64,000 nt of DNA from the NCBI RefSeq assembly GCF_001194135.2, contig NC_068990.1, positions 56,807,875 through 56,871,874 on the forward strand, in the 5' to 3' direction. A program made the translations under genes and the position numbers. Positions 12,862 through 25,793 of this stretch are shown piece by piece. The notes under the pieces are model-generated. The model was not told where the DNA came from, did not search any database, and was given only the letters and a program-made list of their open reading frames with translations. This DNA comes from Octopus bimaculoides. Lineage: Eukaryota. Within the stretch, counting starts at the first letter, position 1. Every line of letters starts with the position of its first letter.

Positions 12862-13269
12862 TTAAAGTTGAAAATTCAGAAAAACTTGCTTACCTTAACT
12901 TATTAATCATACTTTTGTATAGCATAACATATGAGTAACATGTTTTACAAGGCATTTAAGTAATAGTATGGATTTAACTATTTTTTAAAATCCATTCTAC
13001 ACTTGCACACCCTTTGCAAAGCTACAGAGGGTCACCTGGCATTGTTTGAGAACCACCAGACAGAAATATCTCTTTCATGAAATCTTTGTCATCATTCTCA
13101 TTGTCATCACCATCGTCATTATCATCATTTAACATCTGTTTTCTATCCTGGGATGTGTCAGACGGTTTGACAGGAGCTGGCATGGCCAAATGCTGCACCA
13201 GATTCCATAGTCTATTTTGGCATGGTTTCTACAACTACCAACCACTTTACAGGGTATATTGGGAACTTT

Positions 13270-13500
13270 TAGCATGATACTATCACTTATCCTTTTTTAT
13301 GTGGCACCATCACCATTTTTTTTTATTTGACACCATCACTAGTGCTTTTTACGTGACTTTATTACTAGTGCTTTTGATGTTGCACCATCTCCAGTACTCT
13401 TTATGTGGAACCAGCATCAGTGCTTTTAATGTAGCACCATAACCATTGCTTTTTGCATCGCACCATCACCAGTGCTTTTTACCTTGCACCAGTACCAACA
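13270..13500. repeat. Degenerate ~25-bp minisatellite in the tail of an RTE-type repeat
   Basis: About 8 adjacent variants of TTTTATGTGGCACCATCACCAGTGC with no unique spacers. Confidence 0.7.
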
Positions 13501-14935
13501 TGATCGCCAAGTTCATTGCAAGGCAACACAACACTTTAATTCTACAAAATCATAAAACTTAGAGATACAATATGTACCTGTTTTCATTATTATAGAAAAT
13601 ATGTTTAACCTCAAACATATACCATTGACATAAGATAATGCAGAAATAATATGCATTATTGTATTAGTTGATTCCCAGTAGCTTGTGTTAGAAATCAATA
13701 TGAATGGTATTAGAAGCCATTACTGGATTAGTTCTTTCTTCCAACAAAAATTAATGGAAACTTGATATGAGTCTTTGAGAGAATGAAACTTTTTGATACC
13801 TACTCTCAACTGATATTAACAACAAAACTAGAACCAGCATGGGAGAGTTAATGTGGTTAGTAAACCTGCTGAAAATAGCAGCTGAATTTCTTTTGAATTA
13901 TATCCTAGCAGCATTGGTTTCAAATTTTGGCACAAGGCCAACAATTTCAGGTGAAGGGCAAAGTCAATTACATTGACCTCAGTGCTTGACTGGAAAGACA
14001 AAGTTGGCCTCAAAAGAATTTGAACTCAGAACATAAAGGTAAACAATATGCCACTAAGCATCTTGTACAGTGTGCTAATGATTCTGCCAGCTCACCACCT
14101 TACTCTTAGTTGATATTGGTTTCAGATTTTGGCACCAGGCCAGCAATTTTGGTGAAGGGAATAAATCAATTGCATTAACTCCAGTGCTTGACTAGTACTT
14201 ATTTCATCATCCCTGCAAGAATGAAAGGCAAAATTGGCCTTGATGGAATTTGAACTCAGAACAGGAAGACAAACGAAATGCTGAGAAGCATTTTTGCCAG
14301 TGTGCTAATGATTCAGCCAGTGCACCACTTTTCTCTCAGCTGATATTAACAAGAAAACTAGAACTAGCAAGGGAGGCTGAATGTGGTTTTGTAAAGCAGC
14401 TGAATCTCTTTCAAATTATATCATAGCATCATTAAAAAACATGGCACATTCAATAATGTTGTAAAGGGTTTGCAATGCCTGTACAAATAAAAAAGTCTTG
14501 AATTTCTTTCGTCATCATTTTGCTCAAATAAGAAAGATTTGGAAATAAACAACAACAAAAATGATGAAAACTCTAAGAAAGACGGTGTATCAACTTTAAT
14601 GTTAAATAATTTAAATGACAAAAGAAACTTAACAGTTACTGTTTTCCAGGAAAGTCAATTGCCATCTTTAATGACCAATATGACAATTCCTCTATGGATA
14701 ACCTTGCTGAGAGCAACCACAGTTGTCATGACAACAAGTTTACTTTAAGACATGAAAAAGCTCACCATCTTATGTGCAGGCATGGCTGTGTGTGTAGTAA
14801 GAAGCTTGTTTCCCAGCCACTTGGTTCCAAGTTCAGGCCCACTGCGTGGCACCTTGACCAAGTGTCTCCTGCTATAGCACTGGACCAACCAAGGCTTTGT
14901 GAGTGGATTTGGTAGATGGAAACTAAAGAAAAGCT

Positions 14936-14968
<33 letters not shown>

Positions 14969-16027
14969 CGTGTATGTGTCCTTGTGCATGTTTGTCCCTC
15001 ACCACTACTTGAAGATTGGTGTTGGTTTGTTTACATCCCCATTACTTAACATGTGTTTTTTACATGGCACCAGCATCAATGCTTTTTATATGGTATCAGT
15101 TCCAACAGGGTTATCAAAGAACTTGCAAGACAAAAATCTCCTCAACCAGGAGGAGGGAGTAGAAGTGAGGAGGGTGCATGGATGCCAGGAAAATATATTC
15201 TGTATGCCACATGTGATACACAGGAGAGGCAAATGTTTAAATTACAGATACAAGCTAGTTTCATTTGCAAAATTTGACTCAACCTGAGCTTACGATAAAA
15301 CACACTTACCTAACATGTCCCATAGGGGAATCGAATCCAGAATCTCTTGAGTGCAAAGTGAACTTCGTAACCACTAGGCCATGCTGCATCCAGAAAATAT
15401 ACAACATCACACGGTAAAGAGAAGAAGAAAAGGGAAAAAAGGGAATGAAAACTGATGCGTGCAATATTTCCTGCTTTTGACATGTCATTGTAGAATATGG
15501 TAAATGCAATATAAGAAGATACCATTGGAATAATTTCTTTAAAAAGAACAAGATGAAGTGTTGTTGAAGAAGAATTCACTTAAGTTTGGAAATATTATGA
15601 TATTCAAAGAAGTAGATTCAGCCAAAGAAACATGCTAAATTCTTTAGAAATGTGACATCTGGAATATAACTGATACAAACTATATTCAACTTGATAAGTG
15701 CACACAATATTCAATTTTAATCAAAATTGCAAAGCAAGGATAAATAGACCAGTAACAAAACTGAATATTACATCATGGATTGCATACAAAAGTGAATGTG
15801 ATATAAGAGAAGTGAATTATTTGATCCATTTATGTGTTTCAAAAGAGTAGAGAAAGAGATTCACTATAATTCTTAAATTAAACATTTTATTCTTGCCAAG
15901 AGTGAAATCATGTAAGATCCAATTCAAATGAAAAATTTTCACACAGAGAAATTTAAATAGCAAAGTTATCATATGAGCGGTTTTGTTGCTGGCTGAGTTA
16001 ACAGGGAGCTAGTCTACTAGGTGAATG

Positions 16028-16435
16028 GTTATCATCATCATTGTCATCGTTGTTGTCATCATCATTGTCATCATCATCGTCTCCTTCATTATCATCACCG
16101 TCTCCTTCATCATCATCATCATCACCTTCATAATCATCATCGTCATCATCATCATCACCTTCATAATCATCATCATCATCATCATCGTCACCTTCATTAT
16201 CATCATCATCACCTTCATTATCATCATCGTCATCATCATCATCACCTTCATAATCATCATCGTCATCATCATCATCATCACCTTCATTATCATCGTCATC
16301 ATCATCATCACCTTCATAATCATTATCATCATCATCATCGTCATCATCATTGTCATCATCATCAACCTCCTCATTCTCATTGTCGACGTTGCCGTTGATG
16401 TCATTATTGTCTCATCATCGTCATCATCCTCAACA
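16028..16435. repeat. Imperfect (CAT)n array with a ~30-bp higher-order unit
   Basis: Recurrent CATCATCATCACCTTCATAATCATCATCGT; produces artefactual poly-His/Ile/Met ORFs. Confidence 0.9.
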
Positions 16436-17585
16436 TTGTTGCCGTCATTTTTATTTCTGCTTTTACTTCTCTGGCATAGGTTGGAAGAGACTTATTGAGA
16501 CAAAATTCTATGACCAGAAGCTCTTAATGACACTAAACTGTTATCTGTTTTTGAAATAAAGTATTATTACTCCACCAGTCTTCATGCATCAAAATTGCTG
16601 AAACAGCTAAATTACAGGACAAATTATTTACAGAATACATAAACATAATTTCACTATTGCAGGATCGGCACCAAATGCAAAGATACATCACCATCATCAT
16701 CATTGGCGTAAGAGTGGCTGTGTGGTAAGTAGCTTGCTTACGAATCACATGGTCCCGGGTTCAGTCCCACCGTGTAGCACCTTGAGCAAATGTCTTCTAC
16801 TATAGCCTAGGGCCGACCAAAGCCTTGTAAGTGGATTTGGTAGACGGAAACTGAAAGAAGCCCATCATATATATATGTATATATATATATATATGTATGT
16901 GTGTCTGTGTTTGTCCTCCCAACATTGCTTGACAACCGATGCTGGTGTGTTTACATCCCCGTAACTTAGCGGTTCGGCAAAAGAGACCGATAGAATAAGT
17001 ACTAGGCTTACAAAGAATAAGTCCTGGGGTCNNNNNNNNNNNNNNNNNNNNNNNNNNNNNNNNNNNNNNNNNNNNNNNNNNNNNNNNNNNNNNNNNNNNN
17101 NNNNNNNNNNNNNNNNNNNNNNNNNNNNNNNNNNNNNNNNNNNNNNNNNNNNNNNNNNNNNNNNNNNNNNNNNNNNNNNNNNNNNNNNNNNNNNNNNNNN
17201 NNNNNNNNNNNNNNNNNNNNNNNNNNNNNNNNNNNNNNNNNNNNNNNNNNNNNNNNNNNNNNNNNNNNNNNNNNNNNNNNNNNNNNNNNNNNNNNNNNNN
17301 NNNNNNNNNNNNNNNNNNNNNNNNNNNNNNNNNNNNNNNNNNNNNNNNNNNNNNNNNNNNNNNNNNNNNNNNNNNNNNNNNNNNNNNNNNNNNNNNNNNN
17401 NNNNNNNNNNNNNNNNNNNNNNNNNNNNNNNNNNNNNNNNNNNNNNNNNNNNNNNNNNNNNNNNNNNNNNNNNNNNNNNNNNNNNNNNNNNNNNNNNNNN
17501 NNNNNNNNNNNNNNNNNNNNNNNNNNNNNNNNNNNNNNNNNNNNNNNNNNNNNNNNNNNNNNNNNNNNNNNNNNNNNNNNNNNNN

Positions 17586-17646
<61 letters not shown>

Positions 17647-17851
17647 GTATGTATATGTATATATATATGTATATATCTCTTTTGTATTTCATCTTTTATC
17701 TGTTTCAGTCATTTGTCTGTGGCCATGCTGGGGCACCACCATGAAGTGTATCAGTCGAATGAATTCACACCAGGAAACTCCATTTTTTTTCTTTTGAAGT
17801 GTAGTACTAATTCTATTGGTTTCCTTTGCTGAACAGCTAAGTTATGGGAAC

Positions 17852-18022
17852 TGTTATGTCGACGCCCCCAAATGATGAAGTAGGCTAGCCCAATACGTAG
17901 ATACAGACGGAGAAGTCTAGACGTCTGGATAGTTGAGTAGAAATCATCTGAATGTGCAATATAACAGTGGCAATGAGGATTCCGTAGCTCACACAGCCAC
18001 TGTGTAGTATTGCAATATAGCA
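17852..18022 (+). mobile_element. Short solo LTR (171 bp) inserted in a SINE
   Basis: TGTTAT...ATAGCA ends; 5-bp flanks GGAAC/GGGAC; shares TGTCGACGCCCC, GAAGTAGG and GTTGAGTAGAAATCATC with the copy at 25557-25733. Confidence 0.7.
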
Positions 18023-18077
18023 GGGACGTAAATACAGACACAAAGACACACACACACACACACACACACACACTTAC

Positions 18078-18132
<55 letters not shown>

Positions 18133-18651
18133 NNNNNNNNNNAAATCCACTCACGAGGCTTTGGTAAGCCTGAAGCTATAGAAAAAGACACCTGCCCAAG
18201 GTGCCCTGCAGTGGGACTGAACCTGGAGCCATGTGGTCGGGAAGCAAGCTTCTTACCATATAGCCACACCTATATGTGTGGAGTGTGTGTGTTTAAAATG
18301 GGGTGGTCTGCTAGTGAATCAAAAGCTTATGAAGATAATGAAGTGGTACGTGTATAACTACTCACATATTTGATATTTTTAACTAAATGTTGTGCATCAA
18401 ATAAAAAATAGAAGAAAACTGATATGTTGTCTCATAGATTTTTGTAACTAGAATGGAAAACTAAAAAATTAAAATCTTGAGAGGAAGGAAAAGATACAAG
18501 AAAAAATATTTTCATATAACTTACATTTAACAAGATACTTAAAGACCTGCTTAGCTTTTCTACATGCACAATATATATATACATGTATACACACACACAC
18601 ACACATAACCCTATACTTACATATATATCTGGATATATACATAGATATATG

Positions 18652-18720
<69 letters not shown>

Positions 18721-18737
18721 ATATCTANNNNNNNNNN

Positions 18738-18787
<50 letters not shown>

Positions 18788-19329
18788 ATATCTAACTTTC
18801 TATATATATATATAAATATATATATATATGTGTGTAAATTTGCATTCACATCATTAAAATCACAATGTCTTATATCATACCAGTTATGGATTTACCTTCA
18901 TTCTGACAAACTAGAAATCCTGGTAGCATACGAACAGATTAAAAGCTCTGCTTGCTAAATCCATCACTGAATAATTCTGTTCTTTATCACACTCCATAAT
19001 GTCACAGCATTGCACATACTAAAATTTTAGGCATTGCATGCAACACATAAAGGATATAGTAACCCTCATGAAAAGATGACTAAACACTCTTCGGCCGTTG
19101 CCATTACAACTGACAGAAATAATGAAACTATCAACAGTTTTACATTATATCAGGTTTATTGTTACAATGCATGGGTTAAAATAATACTAACTTCAATGAA
19201 TCATTGAAAATAACACCTTTTTATTCTATAACAAGCTACATTTGTTGATCACCTCCACAAAAATTGCTCAGACTAAAAAAATTAAACAAGAACAAAATGC
19301 AGTTTAATAAACTTAACGTGTTATTCATG

Positions 19330-19610
19330 GCTTAATGATGGGTTTTCAGCTCTGGGTTCAATTCCCAGAGATGTGTTGTGTCCTGAGCAAGGCACTTTTA
19401 TTTCTTGTTGTTCCAGTTCACTCAGCTGACAAAAACGTAGTTGTACATGCAGTTCAAAGGGCCCACCTTGTCACATTCTGCATCACAATGAATCTCTCAG
19501 AGAGCTACATAAAGGGTATGCATGTCTGGGGAGTGCTCAGCTACTTGCATGTTAATTTCACAAGCAAGCTGTTCCAGTGATCAGATCAACTGGAACGATT
19601 GTCATCATAA
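19330..19610 (+). mobile_element. tRNA-headed CORE-like SINE (family C)
   Basis: GGGTTCAATTCC B-box followed by TGTGTTGTGTCCTGAGCAAGGCACTTT; related copies at ~50600-50860 (+), 56150-56480 (-) and 5350-5860 (-, interrupted). Confidence 0.7.
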
Positions 19611-19899
19611 CGGATGCAGAGCCAGGCCGTTTATGACTCCTACCTATTGTGAACAGCCTTGCATATACATGTTTAACCTCTTCTCAGCTACACAATACTC
19701 AACTACACACCAGGAAATTATAATAAGGTCCTTAAAATAGATATCAATATGTATGTACTTGCAATGAGTTCGTGGATGGCTAATGTGGTGTTGAAGGAAG
19801 AAGGCACAAGAGCTCCTGAAATATGGCATATACACCCATCACCTATTTCTCCATCTTTGATCGCTTTGTTTACATTAGACATGTTCGGATATGAAACGT

Positions 19900-20340
19900 C
19901 ATAACAAATTAGCGCTGGCTATAATTTCTATAGATAATCTGTAGAAATAACCTTAAAAAGTACTTTAGAATACAGGTTTCAAAAATGTGGCATCTAAGGA
20001 TAACGGTTATACCTGTAATAATCAGATCTTTGTGGACAATAACAAATGGCATTCTTAAATACTAAGGCCTAATACCAGGATACCCAAAAGTATCAGTATA
20101 TGTTGACGGTGACAGCAACAACAACAACAGCAGCAGCAGCAGCAGCAACAACAACAACAATAATAATCCTTTCTTTTCTACTGGTGGCACAAGGCCCCCA
20201 ACAACATCAACAACAATAATAATAATAATATAAATGAAAATGTAGAGGCTATACCTGGACCCTCAACACTATACACTGTCTAAACAATAGCCCTGCTCAG
20301 AACAGTCTACATCCTCTACAAGACATCATCAATTCAATAG
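19900..20340 (+). mobile_element. R4/Dong-like non-LTR retrotransposon 3' coding remnants split by microsatellites
   Basis: Manual translations VSKMWHLRITVIPVIIRSLWTI...IPGYPK and IPGPSTLYTV*TIALLRTVYILYKTSSIQ* resemble the R4/Dong C-terminus. Confidence 0.55.
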
Positions 20341-20918
20341 TATATTCCAAATAAAACAATCCACAAACACAAGACACTTCGTAAATAAATATGCAATAAA
20401 ATTAACAACCCCTACAACATGTACTCTACAGGTGAGATACCCAACAGAAGAAACATGCTTAAGTAAGAACATTACTTGCATAACACACAATGCAAACACT
20501 ATGACAAAAGACTGCAGCCAAACCCCATGACAACACAAATTGATGCAATACAAGCTACAGTGAAAAAGGCTAGCCACTGGATTTGGTTAAAAAGAGACGA
20601 TGAGCGATGGGTAGAAGAATATTGAGCTTTATTTGATAATGAGTTGATCTAGTAAGCAGGCCTCATATCAGGGAGGTGGGGTGGCTGTCAAGAGATAGGC
20701 CCCAAAACGGCACACATTCTCTCCTGATGGCCCCATACGCTTACTGGCTTCTGGCACGAGGAGCTTTCAACTGGTAGCAGTTGCATGTACAAGTTGTTCG
20801 CAAAACATCATTGGGAAGGATTTGTGTCGCCCCACACCCTAACACCAACACCTCAACAATACAGAGGCGTAGCAGGTAATGCAGTAGAAATTTGCTTGAA
20901 ACTACAACATTTTGAATA

Positions 20919-20962
<44 letters not shown>

Positions 20963-23633
20963 GATGATAATAATAATAATCCTTTCAACTGGAGGCACAA
21001 GGCTTTAAATTTGTGAGGTGGGGACTAGTCGATTATATCGACTCCAGTGTTTTACTGGTACTCAATTTATCGACTCTGAAAGGATAAAAGGCTAAGTCGA
21101 CCTTGGCAGAATTTGAACTCAGAACATTGCAGACATGAAATACCTCTAAGCATTTCACGTGGTGTGCTAATGATTCTGCTCACTCATTGCCTTAATAATG
21201 ATAATAGTCCTTCTACTAGTGGATTACATTGACCCAAGTGTTTCACAGGTACTTAATTTATCAACCTCAAAAGGATGAAAGGCAAAGTCAACCTTGGCAG
21301 AATTTGAACTCAGAATGTGCAGATAGATGAAATACCTCTAAGCATTTCACCTGGCATGCTAACAATTCTGTTCACTCACTTCCTTGAGGATAATAATAAT
21401 GATTTCCAATTCTTGCCACAAGGGCAGTTGGCAGAGGGGATCAAGTCGATTACATCGAGCCCAGTTTGTAACTGGTACTTATTTAATCGACCCCACCGAA
21501 AGGATGAAAGGCAAAGTCGGCTTCAACGGAATTTGAACTCAGAACGTAGATGGGCAAAATACCGCTGAGCATTTTGACTGGTGTGCTAATAATTCTGCCA
21601 GTTAGCTGCTCTAATAATAATAATAATAATGCCACCACCACCAACAACAACAACTATTATCTTAAATTTTATTGTTCTAAAGAATTTTTATTGAGCACTC
21701 ACATGAACACCTTTTTTTTTTAATCCTTAGCATTTTTCAAAATCATACAAGCATTAAATATATTTAGAACATCTTATCCATTATTTCAGGTATTTGGGTG
21801 ATGCTCAGTGGATAATGTGGAAATACAGCAGATGTCAAGAAAAAAGTTTTATTTTCCATAATAATAATAATCCTTTCTACTAAAGGCACAAGGTCTGAAA
21901 TTTGTGGGGAGAGGAGTTTCAGCCTCAGGGTTTCACTAGTATTTAATTTATCGATCCTGAAAGGATGAATGGCAAAAATCAACCGTAACAGGATTTGAAC
22001 TCAGAACATAAAGATGATCAATATATTACTAAACATTTCATCTGGCATGCTAACGATCCTGCCAGTTCACCACCTTTTTCATAATAATAATAATAATATT
22101 TAACCTAGGCACACAGTCACAAATTTTACAGAAAGGATATTGACTACAGCAAATTGAGTACCAGACAGATATTCATATTTTGTCAACCCAACAAGGTGGA
22201 ATGTTAAAGTAAACCATGGTGAGATTTGAATTCAAAATCAATAATAATTATGTCATGTGAGAAAGTCTGATTAATACTATTTCTTTACACCATCATCACA
22301 AATCCTGTTTCCATGGCAATTATTTCATTTATGAAGAATTGCAAAAGTTACAAAAGTCTATCAGGTCTGATGATCTTTGTCTTAGGATTTTGACCATGTC
22401 ACTTCTTCTTACTGCATGTATGAGTCCTCTACTAAGGGGAACCATTTTCTGCACAAGCATATGTCATATGTATGTATGTGTGTATGTATAGGTGCAGGAG
22501 TGGCTGTGTGGTGAGTAGCTTGCTTCCAAACACATGGTTCAGGGTTCAGTCCCACTGCGTGTGACACCTTGGGTAAGTGTCTTCTACTGTAGCTTCGGGC
22601 CAACCAAAGCCTTGTGAGTGGATTTGGTAGATGGAAACTGAAAGAAGCCTGTTGTATATAAATATGTATATGTATGCATGTATGTATTTGTCTGTCTGTG
22701 TTTGTCCCCCTACTATCGCTTTACAACCGATGTTGGTGTGTTTATGTCCCCATAACTTAGCAGTTCAACAAAATAGACTAACAGAATAAGTACTAGGCTT
22801 ACAAAGAATAAGATCTGGGGTCGGTTTGTTCAATTAAAGACCGTGCTCTAGCGGGGCTCCAGTCAAATGACTGAAACAAATAAAAGAATATATAGTGGCT
22901 GTATGATAAGAACCTCGCTTCCTAACAACATGGATCTAGGTTTCAGTCCCACTTGCATGGGCAAGTGTCTTCTACTATAGCCTTGAGCTGACCATTGCCT
23001 TGTGAGTGGATTTGGTAGATGGAAACTGAAAGAAGCCCGTCGTGTATATATATGTATATATCTGTGTGTGTGTCTGTGTTTGTCTCCCCACCATTGCTTG
23101 ACGACCGATGTTGGTGTGTTTACGTTCCTGTAACTTAGCAGTTTGGCAAAGGAGACCAACAGAGTAAGTACTAGTCTTACAAGGCATAAGTCCTGGGGTT
23201 GATTTCTCTGACTAAAGGTGATGCTCCAGCATGGCTGCAGTCAAAAGACGGAAACAAGTAAAAGAATAAATAAAAAAAATAAAATATATATAAAATGATA
23301 AAAGTGGCTAGACAATATAAAACCAAAAAGCAAAAATTCAGTTGTCACTAATAGTGACTAAGGGTGCAGTGAAGGACCTATATTGCTAGAAACAAGAGTC
23401 AAAGGCCCTTATAGCTACAAACAGAACACAAGTCTATGTCCTGACAGGGAAGTTAACTGCCTTACACATGTGTGTGCGTGTGATATATACAAATCTATCC
23501 ATCTATATATATACAAGAATAAGGGCAGGGAATCGTCAATTAATAATAGAATTAATAATTAACAATTTTGCCAAGTAGTTCAGTATGAAAAAACCTTTAT
23601 CGGTAAAACCATTTATCATCATAAATAGACAGG

Positions 23634-23890
23634 GATTAGTATTGAGTTGCTTCTCCAACATACTGAAAATTTAGAAATAGCAGTCAAAGAACTACTGATT
23701 CTAAACTACAAATTTTTCTCTAAATGGATGGCGATATTTGTGGCACACATGCTTTCCCCTCCGGTTTTTTGTTCTATGTGTGCCACAAATATCGCCATCC
23801 ATTTAGAGAAATTTGTAGTTTAGAATCAGTAGTTCTTTGACTGCTATTTCTAAATTTTCAGTATGTTGGAGAAGCAACTCAATGCTAATC
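23634..23890. repeat. Near-perfect long inverted repeat (117/115-bp arms, 25-bp loop)
   Basis: Arm 23634-23750 is the reverse complement of arm 23776-23890 apart from one substitution and a 2-nt indel. Confidence 0.95.
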
Positions 23891-23891
23891 A

Positions 23892-23926
<35 letters not shown>

Positions 23927-25454
23927 CATTTTGGTTTCAACCTTGGAGTTTGCTTTAGAAAGAGGACACAATATTATAAGTTGAGTAACAATGTCATTCT
24001 ATGTTTTCCTTGTGTCACTCATCTTTTACATATCCACTGCTGTTAAAGTGAGGTATACCCATATATCCTCATTTTTGATTAAATATCTGTTTGTTATATT
24101 ACAATTACACATCCAACAACTATATAAGATTTTATTTAAATTTGATTAGCAATGACAAAGATTTGAAGTCTGTGAGAAGTGAAAAATTCAAGTGTCATTT
24201 GCATGGAGTAGCAAATGCTCAGATAAAAGGAACCACGGAAACATGTCTTGAGGTTTCAAATTTATGATAGGATTATTTCATTTGCAATTTCTCACTTTTG
24301 TTGTTGGATTATAAAAGATTATTGTCAGAAATGTCAAAGCAATGGTTAGGTGTAACCATTTCTAGTGTTCACTATCAGCACTTTGGGGATGGGTTTATAC
24401 AGATACACTTTTGAGGTTAAATATCTGCAGATCTCAAAAGGACACTTGAAAATCAAATAACAGAAATATAAGCGAAGTGACAGAACCATATGCAAAGATA
24501 AACTACAATAAAAGGAAGATGGCTGAAAACATTGTTTAATGGATTTCAGTTTCATGTAATTTAATATTATCATACTAATATATCAAGTTTGCAATGGAAA
24601 AATTTAAAAAAAAAAGATAGACAAAATAAATGTTTGGAGAAGAAGCTGTCTAAATCTAAATATAAAAATGTTTAAGTTCAAAATGTACAAGTACAGGTGT
24701 GGCTGTGTCATAAGTAGCTTGCTTCCCTACCACATGGTTCTGAGTTCAGTCTCACTGTGTGGCACCTTGAGCAAGTGTCTTCTACTATAGCCTTGAGTTG
24801 ACCATAGCCTTCTGAGTAAATTTGGTAGAGGGAAAGTGCAAGAGGTCTGTTGTAAATAAACATATATATCTATGTATATGTCTTTGTGTCTGTGTTTGTC
24901 TCCCACCACCACTTGATGACCGGTGTTGGTGTGTTTACATCCCTCATGACTTAGCAGTTCAGAAAAAGGGGCTGACAGAATAAATACCAGGCTGGAAGAA
25001 AATACTGGGGGTCAATTCATTCTACTAAAAGTTCCTCAAGAAAATGCCCCAGCATGACCACAGTCCAATGACTGAAACAAGTAAATGATAAGAGATGAAA
25101 GGATGATATGATTGCATCCCTTTATACTGCTGTGACTATCATCACAGCTTCTTAAATTTTGTTGTTGTTATTGTTGCTTAAACTCAAGTCGTCCCTGATT
25201 AAGTAGATTTATGATCTGATCAAAGATATTCCAGCCTTACTTATTCTCCATACTTAAATTCTTTTGAGTTGCTTCAATCATTTCTCTGTGGTTATGCTGG
25301 AGCACAACCTTGAAGGGTTTTCGTCAAACAAATTGATCTCATGACTTGTACTTATTCCATTGGGTTCTTTTGCTGAACCACTAGGTTATGGAGGCGTCAG
25401 CACACCCACACTGATGTCAAGTGGTGATGGGAGGACAAACATAGACACAAAGAT

Positions 25455-25503
<49 letters not shown>

Positions 25504-25556
25504 TACGATGGGCTTCTTTCATTATTTACATTCGATGAATATTTGTCTTCATCTTG

Positions 25557-25733
25557 TGTTGTGTCGACGCCCCGAGGCGAAGAAGTAGGATCTCCCAAGA
25601 CATATAAATAGAGGTAGTCTGGCCGTGGTAGGAGTGTTGAGTAGCAGTCGAGTAGCTGTTGAGTAGCAGTCATGTAGCAGTTGAGTAGAAATCATCCGAA
25701 GGTGCTAGATAGCAGTAGAGTTGAGAGATAACA
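25557..25733 (+). mobile_element. Short solo LTR (177 bp) with perfect 5-bp TSD
   Basis: TGTTGT...ATAACA ends; TCTTG at 25552-25556 and 25734-25738; internal TATAAATAG TATA-like box. Confidence 0.85.
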
Positions 25734-25747
25734 TCTTGCTTGTTGTT

Positions 25748-25793
25748 AACACAACGTTTCAGCTGATATACTCTCCAGCCTTCATCAGGTGTC
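25748..25793 (-). ncRNA. Candidate minimal type-I hammerhead ribozyme motif
   Basis: Minus strand: GACAC CUGAUGA A GGCUG-gagaguauau-CAGCU GAAAC GUU GUGUU. Stem I GACAC/GUGUU, stem II GGCUG/CAGCU, palindromic loopless stem III ACGU, GUU at the cleavage triplet. Activity is not shown. Confidence 0.55.

Noticed and set aside
13270-13500. CRISPR-like repeat array
   Set aside because: Repeats are adjacent and degenerate with no unique spacers, no cas genes, and the context is eukaryotic.
15314-15387. tRNA gene (A- and B-box present on the minus strand)
   Set aside because: No acceptor stem can form; it is a tRNA-derived SINE head. The same holds for the other tRNA-like heads.
16009-16498. His-rich, Met-rich and Ile-rich ORFs of 125-157 aa
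   Set aside because: All three frames come from one (CAT)n array; no splice or unique-sequence support.
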